From: Chloroflexota bacterium
Lineage (GTDB): Bacteria; Chloroflexota; UBA11872; VXOZ01
Length of the DNA: 64,000 nt
NCBI GenBank assembly: GCA_965221905.1
Contig: OZ244922.1
Coordinates: 1,824,001-1,888,000, forward strand
Reading direction: 5' to 3'
Shown here: positions 38,406-48,132 of the stretch, piece by piece
Layout: every line of letters begins with the position of its first letter
Numbering within the stretch: the first letter of the stretch is position 1
The notes under the pieces: model-generated
Database searches by the model: none
What the model saw: only the letters and a program-made list of their open reading frames with translations
What the model was told of the DNA's origin: nothing
Program-made: the position numbers and the translations under genes

Positions 38406-39731
38406 TCAGGAGACCTTCATTTTCTCTGATTCTACGCGTTTCCGGTCGCGCTTCGATGTCCCGTAATCACTATACACGTGCATTACGGCCTGAGCGAGCT
38501 TCACGGGATCATGTTGGTTGGGTTTCTCCACGTCGATCACGTCGGCGGTGGCAATGGGTAGGCCGTCGATGTTGCTCTTGTCCTGGGACAGCTTTACAAG
38601 CTCATAGGACCCGTTTGCGGAGGGGATGCTTGTGCGGTCGTTCACCAATGCGACCTTGAAGATTTCAGAGGGCGCGTGCAGTTTTAAAGCCGCGAGGTGC
38701 TCTTCCACGCCGTAGTGTGAAGTTTCCCCCGGTTCGGTAGCTACATTACAGACGTAAAGCTTGAGGGCTTTGGAATTGGCCACAGCTTGGGATATCTCAG
38801 GAACAAGCAAATTGGGGAGCAGGCTTGTGTAAAGACTGCCAGGCGCAAGGATAATATAGTCTGCCTCCGAGATCGCCTGACACACTTCGCTGAAGGCAGT
38901 GGGATGTTGTCGATCGAGATATACTCGCTTGATGGCTGAGTCCGCTTCTCCGACCGCAGACTCGCCGGAGATGGTGCGACCGTCCTCTAGCTCGGCACAC
39001 AGCTTGACGCTTTCAAGAGTTGAAGGCAGTACCTGGCCGCGCACGGCGAGGACGCGGGAAAGCTCTCGTATGCCCGATTCGAAGTTGCCGGTGAGGTCGG
39101 CCATGGCCAGCATCATGAGATTGCCGAGACTGTGCCCTTCCAAGCCATCACCTTTGCTGAAACGATAGTTGAGCAGCCGAGTCATCAATGGCTCTGCAAT
39201 AGCTAGCGCGCCGATGCATTGACGTACGTCACCAGGCGGTAAGGCGCCAAACTCGCGCCGCAAGCGACCGGATGATCCTCCATCGTCAACGACCGTCACG
39301 ATAGCAGTGAGATTATTGGTGTACTCCTTGAGGCCGCGCAAGAGCACCGCTTGTCCCGTGCCGCCACCTATCGTGACGATCTTTGGCCCTGTCTTGAGCA
39401 GTCGCCGCGCGTACACAAGGTCCACGAGCCGTTCACGTTTGCGAGGTTCGGAAACAACCTCCATCAACGACGAGTAGAATTTACAGATCGCCATGACGGT
39501 CAGCGTAAGTCCAAGAGTGCCAACCAAAGCTTCTCGGAACGGGTGAGGGATGAACTGCAGTGTCACCGCTTGGACGGGATCGGTGAACGGTTCCGGAACA
39601 GCTATGGTTCTGTAAATCCAGGCGAGGAACATCGCGCAAGCGAGGGCGAATGCCATGAAGCCCACCATGAGCAGCACGATCCACCGCTTAACGTGCATTC
39701 CAGGGTAAAGCCACTTACGAGAGGGAAACAT
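38406..39731 (-). CDS. yvcK: YvcK/GlmR (gluconeogenesis factor) with N-terminal membrane domain
   Basis: Two N-terminal TM helices, then GGGTG, DDGGSSG.LR, PPGD.R, GHSLGN, PGSLYTS. Confidence 0.9.
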   Translation of the reverse strand: MFPSRKWLYPGMHVKRWIVLLMVGFMAFALACAMFLAWIYRTIAVPEPFTDPVQAVTLQFIPHPFREALVGTLGLTLTVMAICKFYSSLMEVVSEPRKRERLVDLVYARRLLKTGPKIVTIGGGTGQAVLLRGLKEYTNNLTAIVTVVDDGGSSGRLRREFGALPPGDVRQCIGALAIAEPLMTRLLNYRFSKGDGLEGHSLGNLMMLAMADLTGNFESGIRELSRVLAVRGQVLPSTLESVKLCAELEDGRTISGESAVGEADSAIKRVYLDRQHPTAFSEVCQAISEADYIILAPGSLYTSLLPNLLVPEISQAVANSKALKLYVCNVATEPGETSHYGVEEHLAALKLHAPSEIFKVALVNDRTSIPSANGSYELVKLSQDKSNIDGLPIATADVIDVEKPNQHDPVKLAQAVMHVYSDYGTSKRDRKRVESEKMKVS

Positions 39732-40186
39732 TGTGAACTTGGCCTTTAGTAGGACTGGGGTATGAGGGCTTCGCTGACCGCATACCTAAGGGTAAGAAGA
39801 AGACTCATCGCCGGACAATGGCGCAACGATGAATCAGGTGCGATTGTTGCTAGAGTGAGACCATAACCAATGAGAAGGAATACGGAGGGACATTCACATT
39901 GAGGGAGGGGCTGCTTAGCTGCACTGTGGATCTTGGATCTCTGCAAGTCGCCCTCATTTCACATTGATTCATACGTGAATACAAACCAATACAACCTGAA
40001 AAGACTGGCAAGCAAGCAGTACAATCATGAGCAACACCCACATGTACGTGGTCAAGCGCAAATAAAGCTTGTTACTCTTACCTACGAACTATGATCGGTA
40101 GGGGACGTAGACGAAGACTTTGCGGGAATAACCAATGTTAAGTATACGCAATCTATAGATTCACGAAATCGTTGCCTGCAAGTCAG

Positions 40187-40582
40187 CTACTGTGAACGAG
40201 AAGACGGCCGCATCTGCAGTGTAACCGGCTGGGGGTGCGCCTCATTCTCGCAGGCGCGATCTATAGGTACTTCTGTTTCGTCGTTACTCTGTTGAACATA
40301 ATTGTGTTCGATAAGCCAGGCTTCAACATCCTCGCCCGAGACATCAATCAGCACATGCTCATCAATAGCGATGCATGGCTGCATCGTTTGGCCGGTCCGT
40401 TGAACCATTTCGTCAAAATTTGCGGCGTTGTTGATAATGTCGCGATCGTCGAATGCCAATCCGTACTTCTGAAATACGGCGCGCACACCATTACTCCAAC
40501 CGCAAAACGGCTTCATCCACCCAATAATAGTTGGGTTCTCAGCCTTACTCTCTTGGGTATTGATTTCTGCTTGGGCCATCAA
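40187..40582 (-). CDS. Glutaredoxin-like protein (monothiol CGWS)
   Basis: KPFCGWS...V, RDII, TGQ..QP.I.ID. Confidence 0.7.
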   Translation of the reverse strand: MMAQAEINTQESKAENPTIIGWMKPFCGWSNGVRAVFQKYGLAFDDRDIINNAANFDEMVQRTGQTMQPCIAIDEHVLIDVSGEDVEAWLIEHNYVQQSNDETEVPIDRACENEAHPQPVTLQMRPSSRSQ

Positions 40583-40686
40583 CTACATCCTTCAGTTGTT
40601 GAAAGTTTTCCGCCAATGGGCCAAAACTAGTATAGCACATTAATGAACGGCGCTTCAGCCCTGATCGCTACAAGTCCGCAAATAAG

Positions 40687-42582
40687 TCAACCCATTTCGC
40701 TCTCAATCCAAATGGGGCTCGACCATGCAGCATTGCCGTCAGCCTGAATCACACGGGCGTAATAGTAGTCTGGCTGCTCCGCTGGGCAGTCGCTCCATTC
40801 AAGTTCTAGTGTCGCGCCGCTGCCTTGGACGGTGTGCACCTCTTGGCCGTCGCGAATGATGTCAGCACGCGCTATTGCACTGGTTCCGATTGCTGCCAAA
40901 CGTATATTGAATGCTGAGGCTGGCTTCGTCGCACCGCCCATGCACGCGCCGTTAACGCTAAAGTCGAGCAGAATGTGCTCGCAGGTGGTGGCGTACGTCC
41001 TGCGGGCCAGCAGGGCTTCCCACAACGACTCTCTGGTGCACTCATGTGCGAGTACTGCCGTGATTCCTCCGACGGGACGCAGCCGATAGCTTATGCCGCC
41101 CATAGTATCCATGCGCGAGCCCGGATGGCCGCGGTGATTGTCGGTGCCGCCGACAAAGCCGAGGCGCAGTCCCTTGGCGAGTGCGCTGCGCGCGGATGAC
41201 CCGTTGCCGCCCAAGATGACGGGTGCGCCAACTTCTTCGACCTCAAACGATCCACGTAATTGACAGATCTCAACATGGCGCTGAAACTCCGGGTGGTGCA
41301 CGTTCCAGTCCGTCGGCTGCCATCGGCCAAAGGTAGTCCCGCCCTCTGAGTGCGTATTCGGGTGATGCGGTATCACAAGGGCGCGGCCCGGCGGCAATTG
41401 GTCCCAGAGGTCGCTCGGATCGTCGGGCGTAGGGCACGGCATGTCGTCGTCGAGGTAGTACACGTTGCGGTGACCGGAGAAACCCGCCTTGCTGAACTCA
41501 TAGGCAAGGATCGTGGTGAATGCGCCAGGTTCATTGTATTTCTTGGCGCTCGCCTTGCTGCGTTCCCAGTCCTTGCCGCCTTCATGGTCGGTAATTGCCA
41601 CAAAATCCAGACCGCTTATGTGCCGCGCGTACCAGTAGGCATCGTCGATATCCCGCACGGCGTCGCCGGAAAGATTCGTGTGGTTGTGTATGTCGCCCCA
41701 GTAGACGTTGTACCCATTCGGGCGAAAGTGCGGGGCAATCGGCTGGCTCCTGCCGATAATGCCGCTGGCCTCATCCCGCGCCCGCACCAGGAATACGCCA
41801 TCCTGATCTGGAACCGCAATGTTTGCCTGGGCAAGGCCCCGATCTCTCGTTGTCGAGTCCCCTTCAGCATGAACGGCACTGTCACTGCTGTTGACCGTCT
41901 CCAGCTTGAGCGATCCTTGAAAGTCGGCGCACACGTTTCCAAATGAATCTCTGGCATGGATGAAGACTCGTGCGCTTCCTTCCTCCGCCTGAAAGTGGGG
42001 CACGATCACGCCGAGCGCGGCGGGCGCTGCGGCCAGGACGTCAATAGCCGGTTGCTGCCGGAGGGCAAAGTGACGGCCCCCGCCCCGGACAGGGTAGTCC
42101 GGATTGCTGTAGTCGGTATTGCCCTCGATGTCTACGCCCACCTCGAAGAAGGTATCGACGCTGATGATGTCTTGCGCCTGGGCGGGCTGGCGGAAGCCGG
42201 AGACATAGCTGCCGGGGTGACCCAGCGTTACCGTAAGGGTGTCGCCGCCGCACAGGCGTTCTCCCTCTAGGACGGCGTAGATCACGGGGTACTGCGAGTG
42301 GTGGTAGGAGAGCGGGTGACCGTTGACGACCTTAACCCGCACGCTCGTGCCGGGAACGCTGGTTGCGGCAACCACGTTGCCCACGTCCCAGCGCTGCTTT
42401 TCGCGGTGCGGCGGCGCAATGCGCACCCCGCCGCCAATCGCAATTCCCTGCTCGCCCACAGTCACGACGATGTCCCATGTGCCGTATTGGCCGACGGTTA
42501 CCGCATCGGCGGGGGTTATGCAGGCACTATAGTCTGCCGGCGCCTGTCCGGCGGTCTGCTCATGTATGGAATCGGATTTCAC
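40687..42582 (-). CDS. PHP-fold metallohydrolase (DUF3604 / CehA-McbA-like), paralogue A
   Basis: YWGDIHNHT, TDH, YE, HRNV, PHH, GTDNH, RRTYATT, YYYARV.Q...AWSSPIW. Confidence 0.75.
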   Translation of the reverse strand: MKSDSIHEQTAGQAPADYSACITPADAVTVGQYGTWDIVVTVGEQGIAIGGGVRIAPPHREKQRWDVGNVVAATSVPGTSVRVKVVNGHPLSYHHSQYPVIYAVLEGERLCGGDTLTVTLGHPGSYVSGFRQPAQAQDIISVDTFFEVGVDIEGNTDYSNPDYPVRGGGRHFALRQQPAIDVLAAAPAALGVIVPHFQAEEGSARVFIHARDSFGNVCADFQGSLKLETVNSSDSAVHAEGDSTTRDRGLAQANIAVPDQDGVFLVRARDEASGIIGRSQPIAPHFRPNGYNVYWGDIHNHTNLSGDAVRDIDDAYWYARHISGLDFVAITDHEGGKDWERSKASAKKYNEPGAFTTILAYEFSKAGFSGHRNVYYLDDDMPCPTPDDPSDLWDQLPPGRALVIPHHPNTHSEGGTTFGRWQPTDWNVHHPEFQRHVEICQLRGSFEVEEVGAPVILGGNGSSARSALAKGLRLGFVGGTDNHRGHPGSRMDTMGGISYRLRPVGGITAVLAHECTRESLWEALLARRTYATTCEHILLDFSVNGACMGGATKPASAFNIRLAAIGTSAIARADIIRDGQEVHTVQGSGATLELEWSDCPAEQPDYYYARVIQADGNAAWSSPIWIESEMG

Positions 42583-44462
42583 TGAACTTCATCCACACTT
42601 GGAATCACCGGCAGGACAATATGCGAGGATCGCCCCGGCCCGTGGAAGACCGTATTGTGCGCCTCTTCCAGCCGCGTGTGGCGTCCCAATGGCTCGCCGG
42701 TGTTGGGATTTACGTCGAAGCGCGGAAAGTTGCTGCTGGAAATGTCCACCCGGATGCGGTGTCCCCGTGCAAATACGTTACTGGTGGGGTACATCTCAAT
42801 GGTTAGTGCTGTCGGCACGTTGGGTTCAAGGTACTCCGCCTCTTCACGACTATTGCGGTAACGGGCGCGTTGAATGCTATCCGTAACATTCATGGCAAAG
42901 CCCTGGGGATAGTCTCCGTTCGGCGGATGCACGTCGAGCAGCTTGACTGTATAGTCGGTATCCACGGCGGTCGAGCTAATCCAGAGCTTTAGGGTTAGCG
43001 GCCCGGTGACCTCCACGTCCTCTTCAAGCGGCGGAGTTTGAAAAACCAAGACATCAGGACGGGCGGCAAGCGGGAGACTGCCGGTGTACCCAAAGAAGCG
43101 TTCGTCGCCGCGTTGGTCGTACGCGCCAGCCACGAGCACAGGATCGCCCGCCGAGAGATTGCCGCCGATTGTCGGTACCGGATTAGCCGGATCAAAGGTA
43201 AAGGAACTCTCCAGTATGCCTGGAGAAGGTTTATCCAGGCCCAGACCGCCGTCGGCGTGCAGGTAATATGGTGTCCACTGCGTGCGTGCCAGGGGCCATT
43301 CGTCTTCAGCCCGCCATTGCCCGCCGTGATCCAGGCGGCCATCGCTGTTACGCGTGCCGCTGCCGCCGCCCATGACGAAGATCTGCACCGGCTTGGTGTG
43401 GCCTGCTCCCGTCTCTTCTCCCTTGAGCCAGTAGTCGTACCAATGGAGCCGCAGTTCGTTCATATCGTAAATCGCCGCCTCGCGTCCGAAGTCTACATCA
43501 CCCGCGTGCGAGACTTCAGCGCTGCCGGTGCCGTGAGTGAACGGGCCCATGATGAGCGTCTGCGGCGAATCTTTCCGCTCGCTTAACTCGACATAATTCG
43601 TGCACGTCGAGCGGGCGTACGAGTCGTACCAGCCGCCAAAGTAGACCGTTGGCACATCGGCATGCTCGTCGTAAAAAAGTTCCGGCCCGTAGCCGGGACG
43701 GTGCCAGTATTCGTCCAGGTCGCCGTGGGTGAGCACGTCCAGATGCCATTGCTCGTAGCTGGGCAGTTCGGCGAGCGGCGATACGCCCTTCTTGAGCGGC
43801 GCGTTGGAAACCCATTGCGCCACGTTGGCGAAGGCGTTATCCAAGCTCACGCGCAGACGCGGGTCGCTGAGCGCCTCTTTGCTGGTGGTCGCCATGCGGA
43901 AGGTGTAGATCATGAAGCGCATCTCGCAGGCGCCGTTATGGCGCATCGAGGCGGTGTGGTAGTTCCACGGCCCTTCCTCGACGAACATGCCCGCGAGGCC
44001 GGGCGGATTGAGCGAGGCAAGCGCGCTCTGCGTGCAACCGGCGTAGCTGCACCCCGTGGTGGCGATCTTGCCGTTCGACCATGGCTGCTCCACAATCCAC
44101 GCGCAGGTGTCGTAGCCGTCCGGGCCCTCGTCGCCAAAGGCGTACCACTCACCCCCGGAGGTAAATCGCCCCCGCACGTCCTGGATCACCACCACGTACC
44201 CCCGGCGCGCGTAATAGTGCCCCTTCCGCCGCAAGCCCAGACCCGTCTTGTCATACGGCGTGCGCTCGAGAATGACGGGGAACGTGCCGTCAACAGCCAC
44301 CAACCCTTCCCCTGTCAGTCCAATACTTCCCTGGCTGCCGTCCCCCGGCACCGCCGGTCGATACACGTCCGTGCCGAGCTTGTTCCCATCGCGGGCCGTC
44401 ATCATTACGTTTCTTTCGACCACAACACCATATTGTTGTGGGGAACCTCGCTTTTCAGTCAC
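42579..44462 (-). CDS. CocE/NonD family serine hydrolase, paralogue 2
   Basis: RDG.KL.TDVY.P, RTPY, QDVRGR, GCSYAG, GWYD, GPFTH, SSSNFPRFD. Confidence 0.9.
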   Translation of the reverse strand: MTEKRGSPQQYGVVVERNVMMTARDGNKLGTDVYRPAVPGDGSQGSIGLTGEGLVAVDGTFPVILERTPYDKTGLGLRRKGHYYARRGYVVVIQDVRGRFTSGGEWYAFGDEGPDGYDTCAWIVEQPWSNGKIATTGCSYAGCTQSALASLNPPGLAGMFVEEGPWNYHTASMRHNGACEMRFMIYTFRMATTSKEALSDPRLRVSLDNAFANVAQWVSNAPLKKGVSPLAELPSYEQWHLDVLTHGDLDEYWHRPGYGPELFYDEHADVPTVYFGGWYDSYARSTCTNYVELSERKDSPQTLIMGPFTHGTGSAEVSHAGDVDFGREAAIYDMNELRLHWYDYWLKGEETGAGHTKPVQIFVMGGGSGTRNSDGRLDHGGQWRAEDEWPLARTQWTPYYLHADGGLGLDKPSPGILESSFTFDPANPVPTIGGNLSAGDPVLVAGAYDQRGDERFFGYTGSLPLAARPDVLVFQTPPLEEDVEVTGPLTLKLWISSTAVDTDYTVKLLDVHPPNGDYPQGFAMNVTDSIQRARYRNSREEAEYLEPNVPTALTIEMYPTSNVFARGHRIRVDISSSNFPRFDVNPNTGEPLGRHTRLEEAHNTVFHGPGRSSHIVLPVIPSVDEVQ

Positions 44463-44712
44463 GGCACTACCCCTTCGAGTTTTACAAACTTACTTGCCCA
44501 TTCGACAATGCTCAAGACCTGCAAATGCTGGACTACAGTGTGCCAGATTTCACTTGTATTGTGTGAGGAAGCAATGGTTGACGGGCTGTAGCATGTACTG
44601 TATGCAACGCTGGATCAACAAGATTGGTTTGAAAAGCACTTGAAGAACTGTTACATCGCAATTCTAGGTCCCTTGGGTTAACTTCACGGCGTCAGTTGAC
44701 GCCAAGTCAACG

Positions 44713-45057
44713 CTAATACCGGTGCTGTTTGAAAAGCGATCGCACCCGACTCTTGAGCTGAGGTAACTCTCGTTCGACAACCGCCCATGTGAGTTCAAGG
44801 TCTACTTGACCGTAAGCGTGGATGAGACGATTTCGCATGGCGATGATACGGGGCCAAGGAATCTCTTGATGGGCGGCGGTGATCTCTGTAGGAAGATGAC
44901 GCGTTGCCTCTCCGATGATCTCCAGTCGGCGTATCACTGCGTCTTGCTTCTCTCGCGAGGCAAGGAATGCCGATTTCGTGAGATTCTGTGTATACAACTC
45001 GATGAGGTCAATGCATTCAAGAATGTCTTGAAGATAAATGGTGGGGTCTGTGGGCAT
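44713..45057 (-). CDS. hepT: HEPN/DUF86 ribonuclease toxin (HepT-like)
   Basis: DAVIRRLEIIGEA, IPW, RNRLIHAY (RX4HXY motif). Confidence 0.9.
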   Translation of the reverse strand: MPTDPTIYLQDILECIDLIELYTQNLTKSAFLASREKQDAVIRRLEIIGEATRHLPTEITAAHQEIPWPRIIAMRNRLIHAYGQVDLELTWAVVERELPQLKSRVRSLFKQHRY

Positions 45058-45061
45058 GGGT

Positions 45062-45373
45062 CTAGAGAATGATCACTTCGTCTGCGAGGATGCGATCGCG
45101 GAGGCGGGGGTGGATTGAGCGGTATGTTAGGATGTCGACTTTGCGGCCCAATGCTTGTTCCAAGTCTAAGCCGAGACCCGCGAGGTCTAGCAGACTCGCT
45201 CCAGCGGGCATTTCCACCAGTAGGTCAATGTCGCTCTCCAGCCCAAGCCTCCCGTTGACCACAGAGCCAAACAGCCCTGCCCGTTGTGCGCCGTAATGCT
45301 TCAATATAGGCACCGCTGCTTGTTTGATCGTTGAGAGGGATGGCGGTGGTTTCTGCTCTGCCTTGGTCTCCAC
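45062..45373 (-). CDS. mntA: Minimal nucleotidyltransferase antitoxin (MntA-like)
   Basis: LFGS....SDIDLLV, LGRKVD; ends 4 nt before the HEPN gene. Confidence 0.9.
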   Translation of the reverse strand: METKAEQKPPPSLSTIKQAAVPILKHYGAQRAGLFGSVVNGRLGLESDIDLLVEMPAGASLLDLAGLGLDLEQALGRKVDILTYRSIHPRLRDRILADEVIIL

Positions 45374-45580
45374 GACATTTACTTTCTATTCTGCAAATCG
45401 CACACTTATGCAAGTTTGATGAATCTAATGCAAATAAGGCTAACAAACTCTCAGGTCACAATGCGATCATAACGTGACCAATGCGTCTCTGTCCAAGTGT
45501 TGTCAGGAATATAGATGGACTTCTCAGTTGATCCGACTGTATATCCTTTAGTGTCTGTTCGGAGCAAGTGAGCGAGCCGT

Positions 45581-45613
45581 CCGTTCATGGTTCGACAGGC
45601 TCTCCACGAACGG
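45581..45613. repeat. REP-like palindrome, same family as 28998-29030
   Basis: CCGTTCATGGTTCGACAGGCTCTCCACGAACGG, two mismatches to the 28998 copy. Confidence 0.85.
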
Positions 45614-45632
45614 TCTATGCGGCAGACTGCGG

Positions 45633-45720
45633 GAGTCGAGAGGACCTACGAATCCAGAGGGCCGACGAGTCCAGAGGGCCGACGAGTCCAGAGGCCTATG
45701 AATCCAGAGGGCCTAAGAAT
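45633..45720. repeat. 17-bp tandem minisatellite, about 5 copies
   Basis: GA(G/A)TCCAGAGGGCC(G/T)A(C) units at 45633, 45650, 45667, 45684 and 45700. Confidence 0.85.
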
Positions 45721-45855
45721 GCAATGTAGGGCAAACCACCTAGAGAGCGTGGAGAAAATCTGCCTGTGGCGTGCATGTTCCCAGCTAGTCGCTCACTGGG
45801 CATATTGTGCATGTGCCGAGAAACTGCCTTCGCGGTGTAGCAGCATCTGTTGCAT

Positions 45856-47838
45856 TTAGACTCTCGTCACCCATACGGGGCTACTCCAGGCCTGTGCCAC
45901 GCGGCCGTGGACGAGGTCGCGCTGGCGCACGCGGACGTAGTAGATAGCGTGGGCGGGTGGCGCCTCGTCGGTCCAATCTAGAGTGAAATCCAAGGGCGCG
46001 CTGCTGCCGGGGAACCAAGCCTGGTGGACGACACTGAAGCCCGCCTCCGGGCGGTCGAGATCGGCGCTTAGGACGTGAATCCAGCGCAGGGGGCCGGTGC
46101 CCAGCGCTTCCACATGCACCGCAGCCGGCTGACCGGCGGCAATAGTCGTCTCGCCGCCCATGGGCTCGCCGTTCACCGTAAACTCCAAGTAGATACGGGA
46201 GCCGGTCGTGCCGTAGGTGCGGCGGTTGCGGATGGCGTCGAAGACCGCTTCACGGGCCAATGCCGGCGCCCAGACCGCCATAGTGCCGTAGCCCTCTTTC
46301 CCCGGCTGCGCGCCGTGGTTGTCAGAAGACCCGATCGTGCCTAGTTTGAGGCCCGCCAGCCAGGCATCCACAGTATAGTTGCCGGGATCGCCGGGACCGT
46401 TGAAAGTGAAATCGGAAACATCCATGGAAATTGGATGGTCGGGCGCGTACTCCTCGCTGAGGCCGTGGGAGGAGTAGATCTCGATGGTGGTACGGAATCG
46501 GGAGTCATGGATGCTCCAGTCGTGCTTCACGCCGCCGCCCGGTCGCGCAAAACCGCCGGTATGGTGGGGGATAGTGAGCAACTCGCCCGCCAGATTCTCG
46601 TGCTCGGCCCGCTGCCATATCTCTTCGGGGTTCTCCTCGTCGCTGTAGCGAAGCACACCCTCGCCGCCGCGAAAGTAGACGTTATGGTGGCCGTAGGGCG
46701 CGCCGAAACTTGCCTCATAGCCGAGTATTGTGGCGAACGTGCCCGGCGCGTCCCACTTTTCAGTATAGGCGACATTCTGTTGCCAGTCCTCCTGACTCAT
46801 ACTGCGCCTATCGTTGTGGTCGGTGGCGCTGTAGATATCGAGCAGGGAGGCATAGCGCGCGTAGCGAAAGTGGTCGTCTCCGGTGCCGGTGCCGTCCCAG
46901 GAGTACTGGCTATGGGAGTGAATGTCGCCCCAATAGAGGCCCGCTGCGGGCGAATTGGCCGATTCTGCCGCAGAATCAGAGACCTTGCTTGGATTGGAGA
47001 GGCCGTACAATCTTCCGTCGTGGGAGGTGCCGCGCAAGCGCAATACGCCGGCCTCAGTAGGCGTGACCGTAAACTCTCCACACCCCCACGTACTTGCACT
47101 CCCAAGCTTGATGGGGTTTGCCGGAATTGAAGCCGCGCCCGTTTCGACTGCCAGATAGATAGCAGTGTCCGGCGCGGGCACCGGATTGTGAAATTCGTCC
47201 AGCGCCACCATGCGCACGCGCTTTTTCCTGCCCACAACACTGCGGGACTCGAGCACCAAGAGCAGCTCTACCGGCGGTCCCGGCTCATTGTTGAGCCAGG
47301 GCAAGGCGCCATCCGGCAAGAGCGTGAACGCGCCGTCTCCCGTTGGGTCAACCGCCGCACGTACCCGATCCGGCGAGCCGGTCCAGAGGGGCGGGGTGAA
47401 TCCGCGACCGCCTCCGCTCATATCGCCGTATACAACGTTGATCGTGTCACCTGCTTGCAGTTCACCCTCCGTCACCGTTACGGAAACCGTCCAGGCATAG
47501 CGGCTCCCCGGCGGATAGCCAACGTTCCTGCGCAGCGGCTTTACGTACTCGGCGTCGCTTGCATCGAGGATTTCGTAATGCAGGCGCACACCGGGCCGGT
47601 CGGTGTGCGCGGTGACATAAAACGGCGCGGCGGGGTCCACGCTCTGTACACGGCGGGCGGAGTTGCGCCACCACTGGTGCCAACGTTCCGGCAGCGCTAC
47701 CTGCAATCCACCACCGCTAGCTATGCCTTTCGCACCGGCGGAATACGTCACCACCCACGTGCCCCAGGCGCCGGCACGACCGTGGTTGGGAGAGATTGTT
47801 ACGGTGCCAGTCTCCGAAGAGTTTCCTGAGGAACGCAT
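45856..47838 (-). CDS. PHP-fold metallohydrolase (DUF3604 / CehA-McbA-like), paralogue B
   Basis: YWGDIHSHS, TDH, GYE, HHNV, PHH, SSDNH, RRTYGTTG, YYVRV.Q, AWSSPVW; start refined to ATG 47838. Confidence 0.75.
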   Translation of the reverse strand: MRSSGNSSETGTVTISPNHGRAGAWGTWVVTYSAGAKGIASGGGLQVALPERWHQWWRNSARRVQSVDPAAPFYVTAHTDRPGVRLHYEILDASDAEYVKPLRRNVGYPPGSRYAWTVSVTVTEGELQAGDTINVVYGDMSGGGRGFTPPLWTGSPDRVRAAVDPTGDGAFTLLPDGALPWLNNEPGPPVELLLVLESRSVVGRKKRVRMVALDEFHNPVPAPDTAIYLAVETGAASIPANPIKLGSASTWGCGEFTVTPTEAGVLRLRGTSHDGRLYGLSNPSKVSDSAAESANSPAAGLYWGDIHSHSQYSWDGTGTGDDHFRYARYASLLDIYSATDHNDRRSMSQEDWQQNVAYTEKWDAPGTFATILGYEASFGAPYGHHNVYFRGGEGVLRYSDEENPEEIWQRAEHENLAGELLTIPHHTGGFARPGGGVKHDWSIHDSRFRTTIEIYSSHGLSEEYAPDHPISMDVSDFTFNGPGDPGNYTVDAWLAGLKLGTIGSSDNHGAQPGKEGYGTMAVWAPALAREAVFDAIRNRRTYGTTGSRIYLEFTVNGEPMGGETTIAAGQPAAVHVEALGTGPLRWIHVLSADLDRPEAGFSVVHQAWFPGSSAPLDFTLDWTDEAPPAHAIYYVRVRQRDLVHGRVAQAWSSPVWVTRV

Positions 47839-48034
47839 GTGTACCCACCTTCCATTCATAATTTCAATTACTGCGACGGCCATTGCCTCGTCAGCAACTT
47901 CCTGACCGCGTTCAATGCGCTACACTCGGCTAGGAGTGCCAACGAATATGGTATCAGTTCAATCCTCTGCCGCCTGCGGCCGGCGAGAAGTGCCTCGGGC
48001 CTGTTTCTACCCTATTCAGAGATTCTCATTGGAT

Positions 48035-48062
48035 TTGACATTCGCGGGCCACAGCGCACAAT
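48035..48062 (+). promoter_or_regulatory. Putative sigma70 promoter for the aquaporin gene
   Basis: TTGACA-N16-CACAAT. Confidence 0.4.
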
Positions 48063-48132
48063 AACAGGTGAAGAGTGTCCGTACATTGCTGACCGCTAGA
48101 GCCAGGTCGTCTCCAAGGAGGGGAGTTCTGCC

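Noticed and set aside
43662-44591. 309-aa plus-strand ORF
   Set aside because: Antisense to the GC-rich CocE gene; typical shadow ORF.
45587-45859. 90-aa ORF across the REP and minisatellite
   Set aside because: Made of repeat translation, with no RBS or motif.
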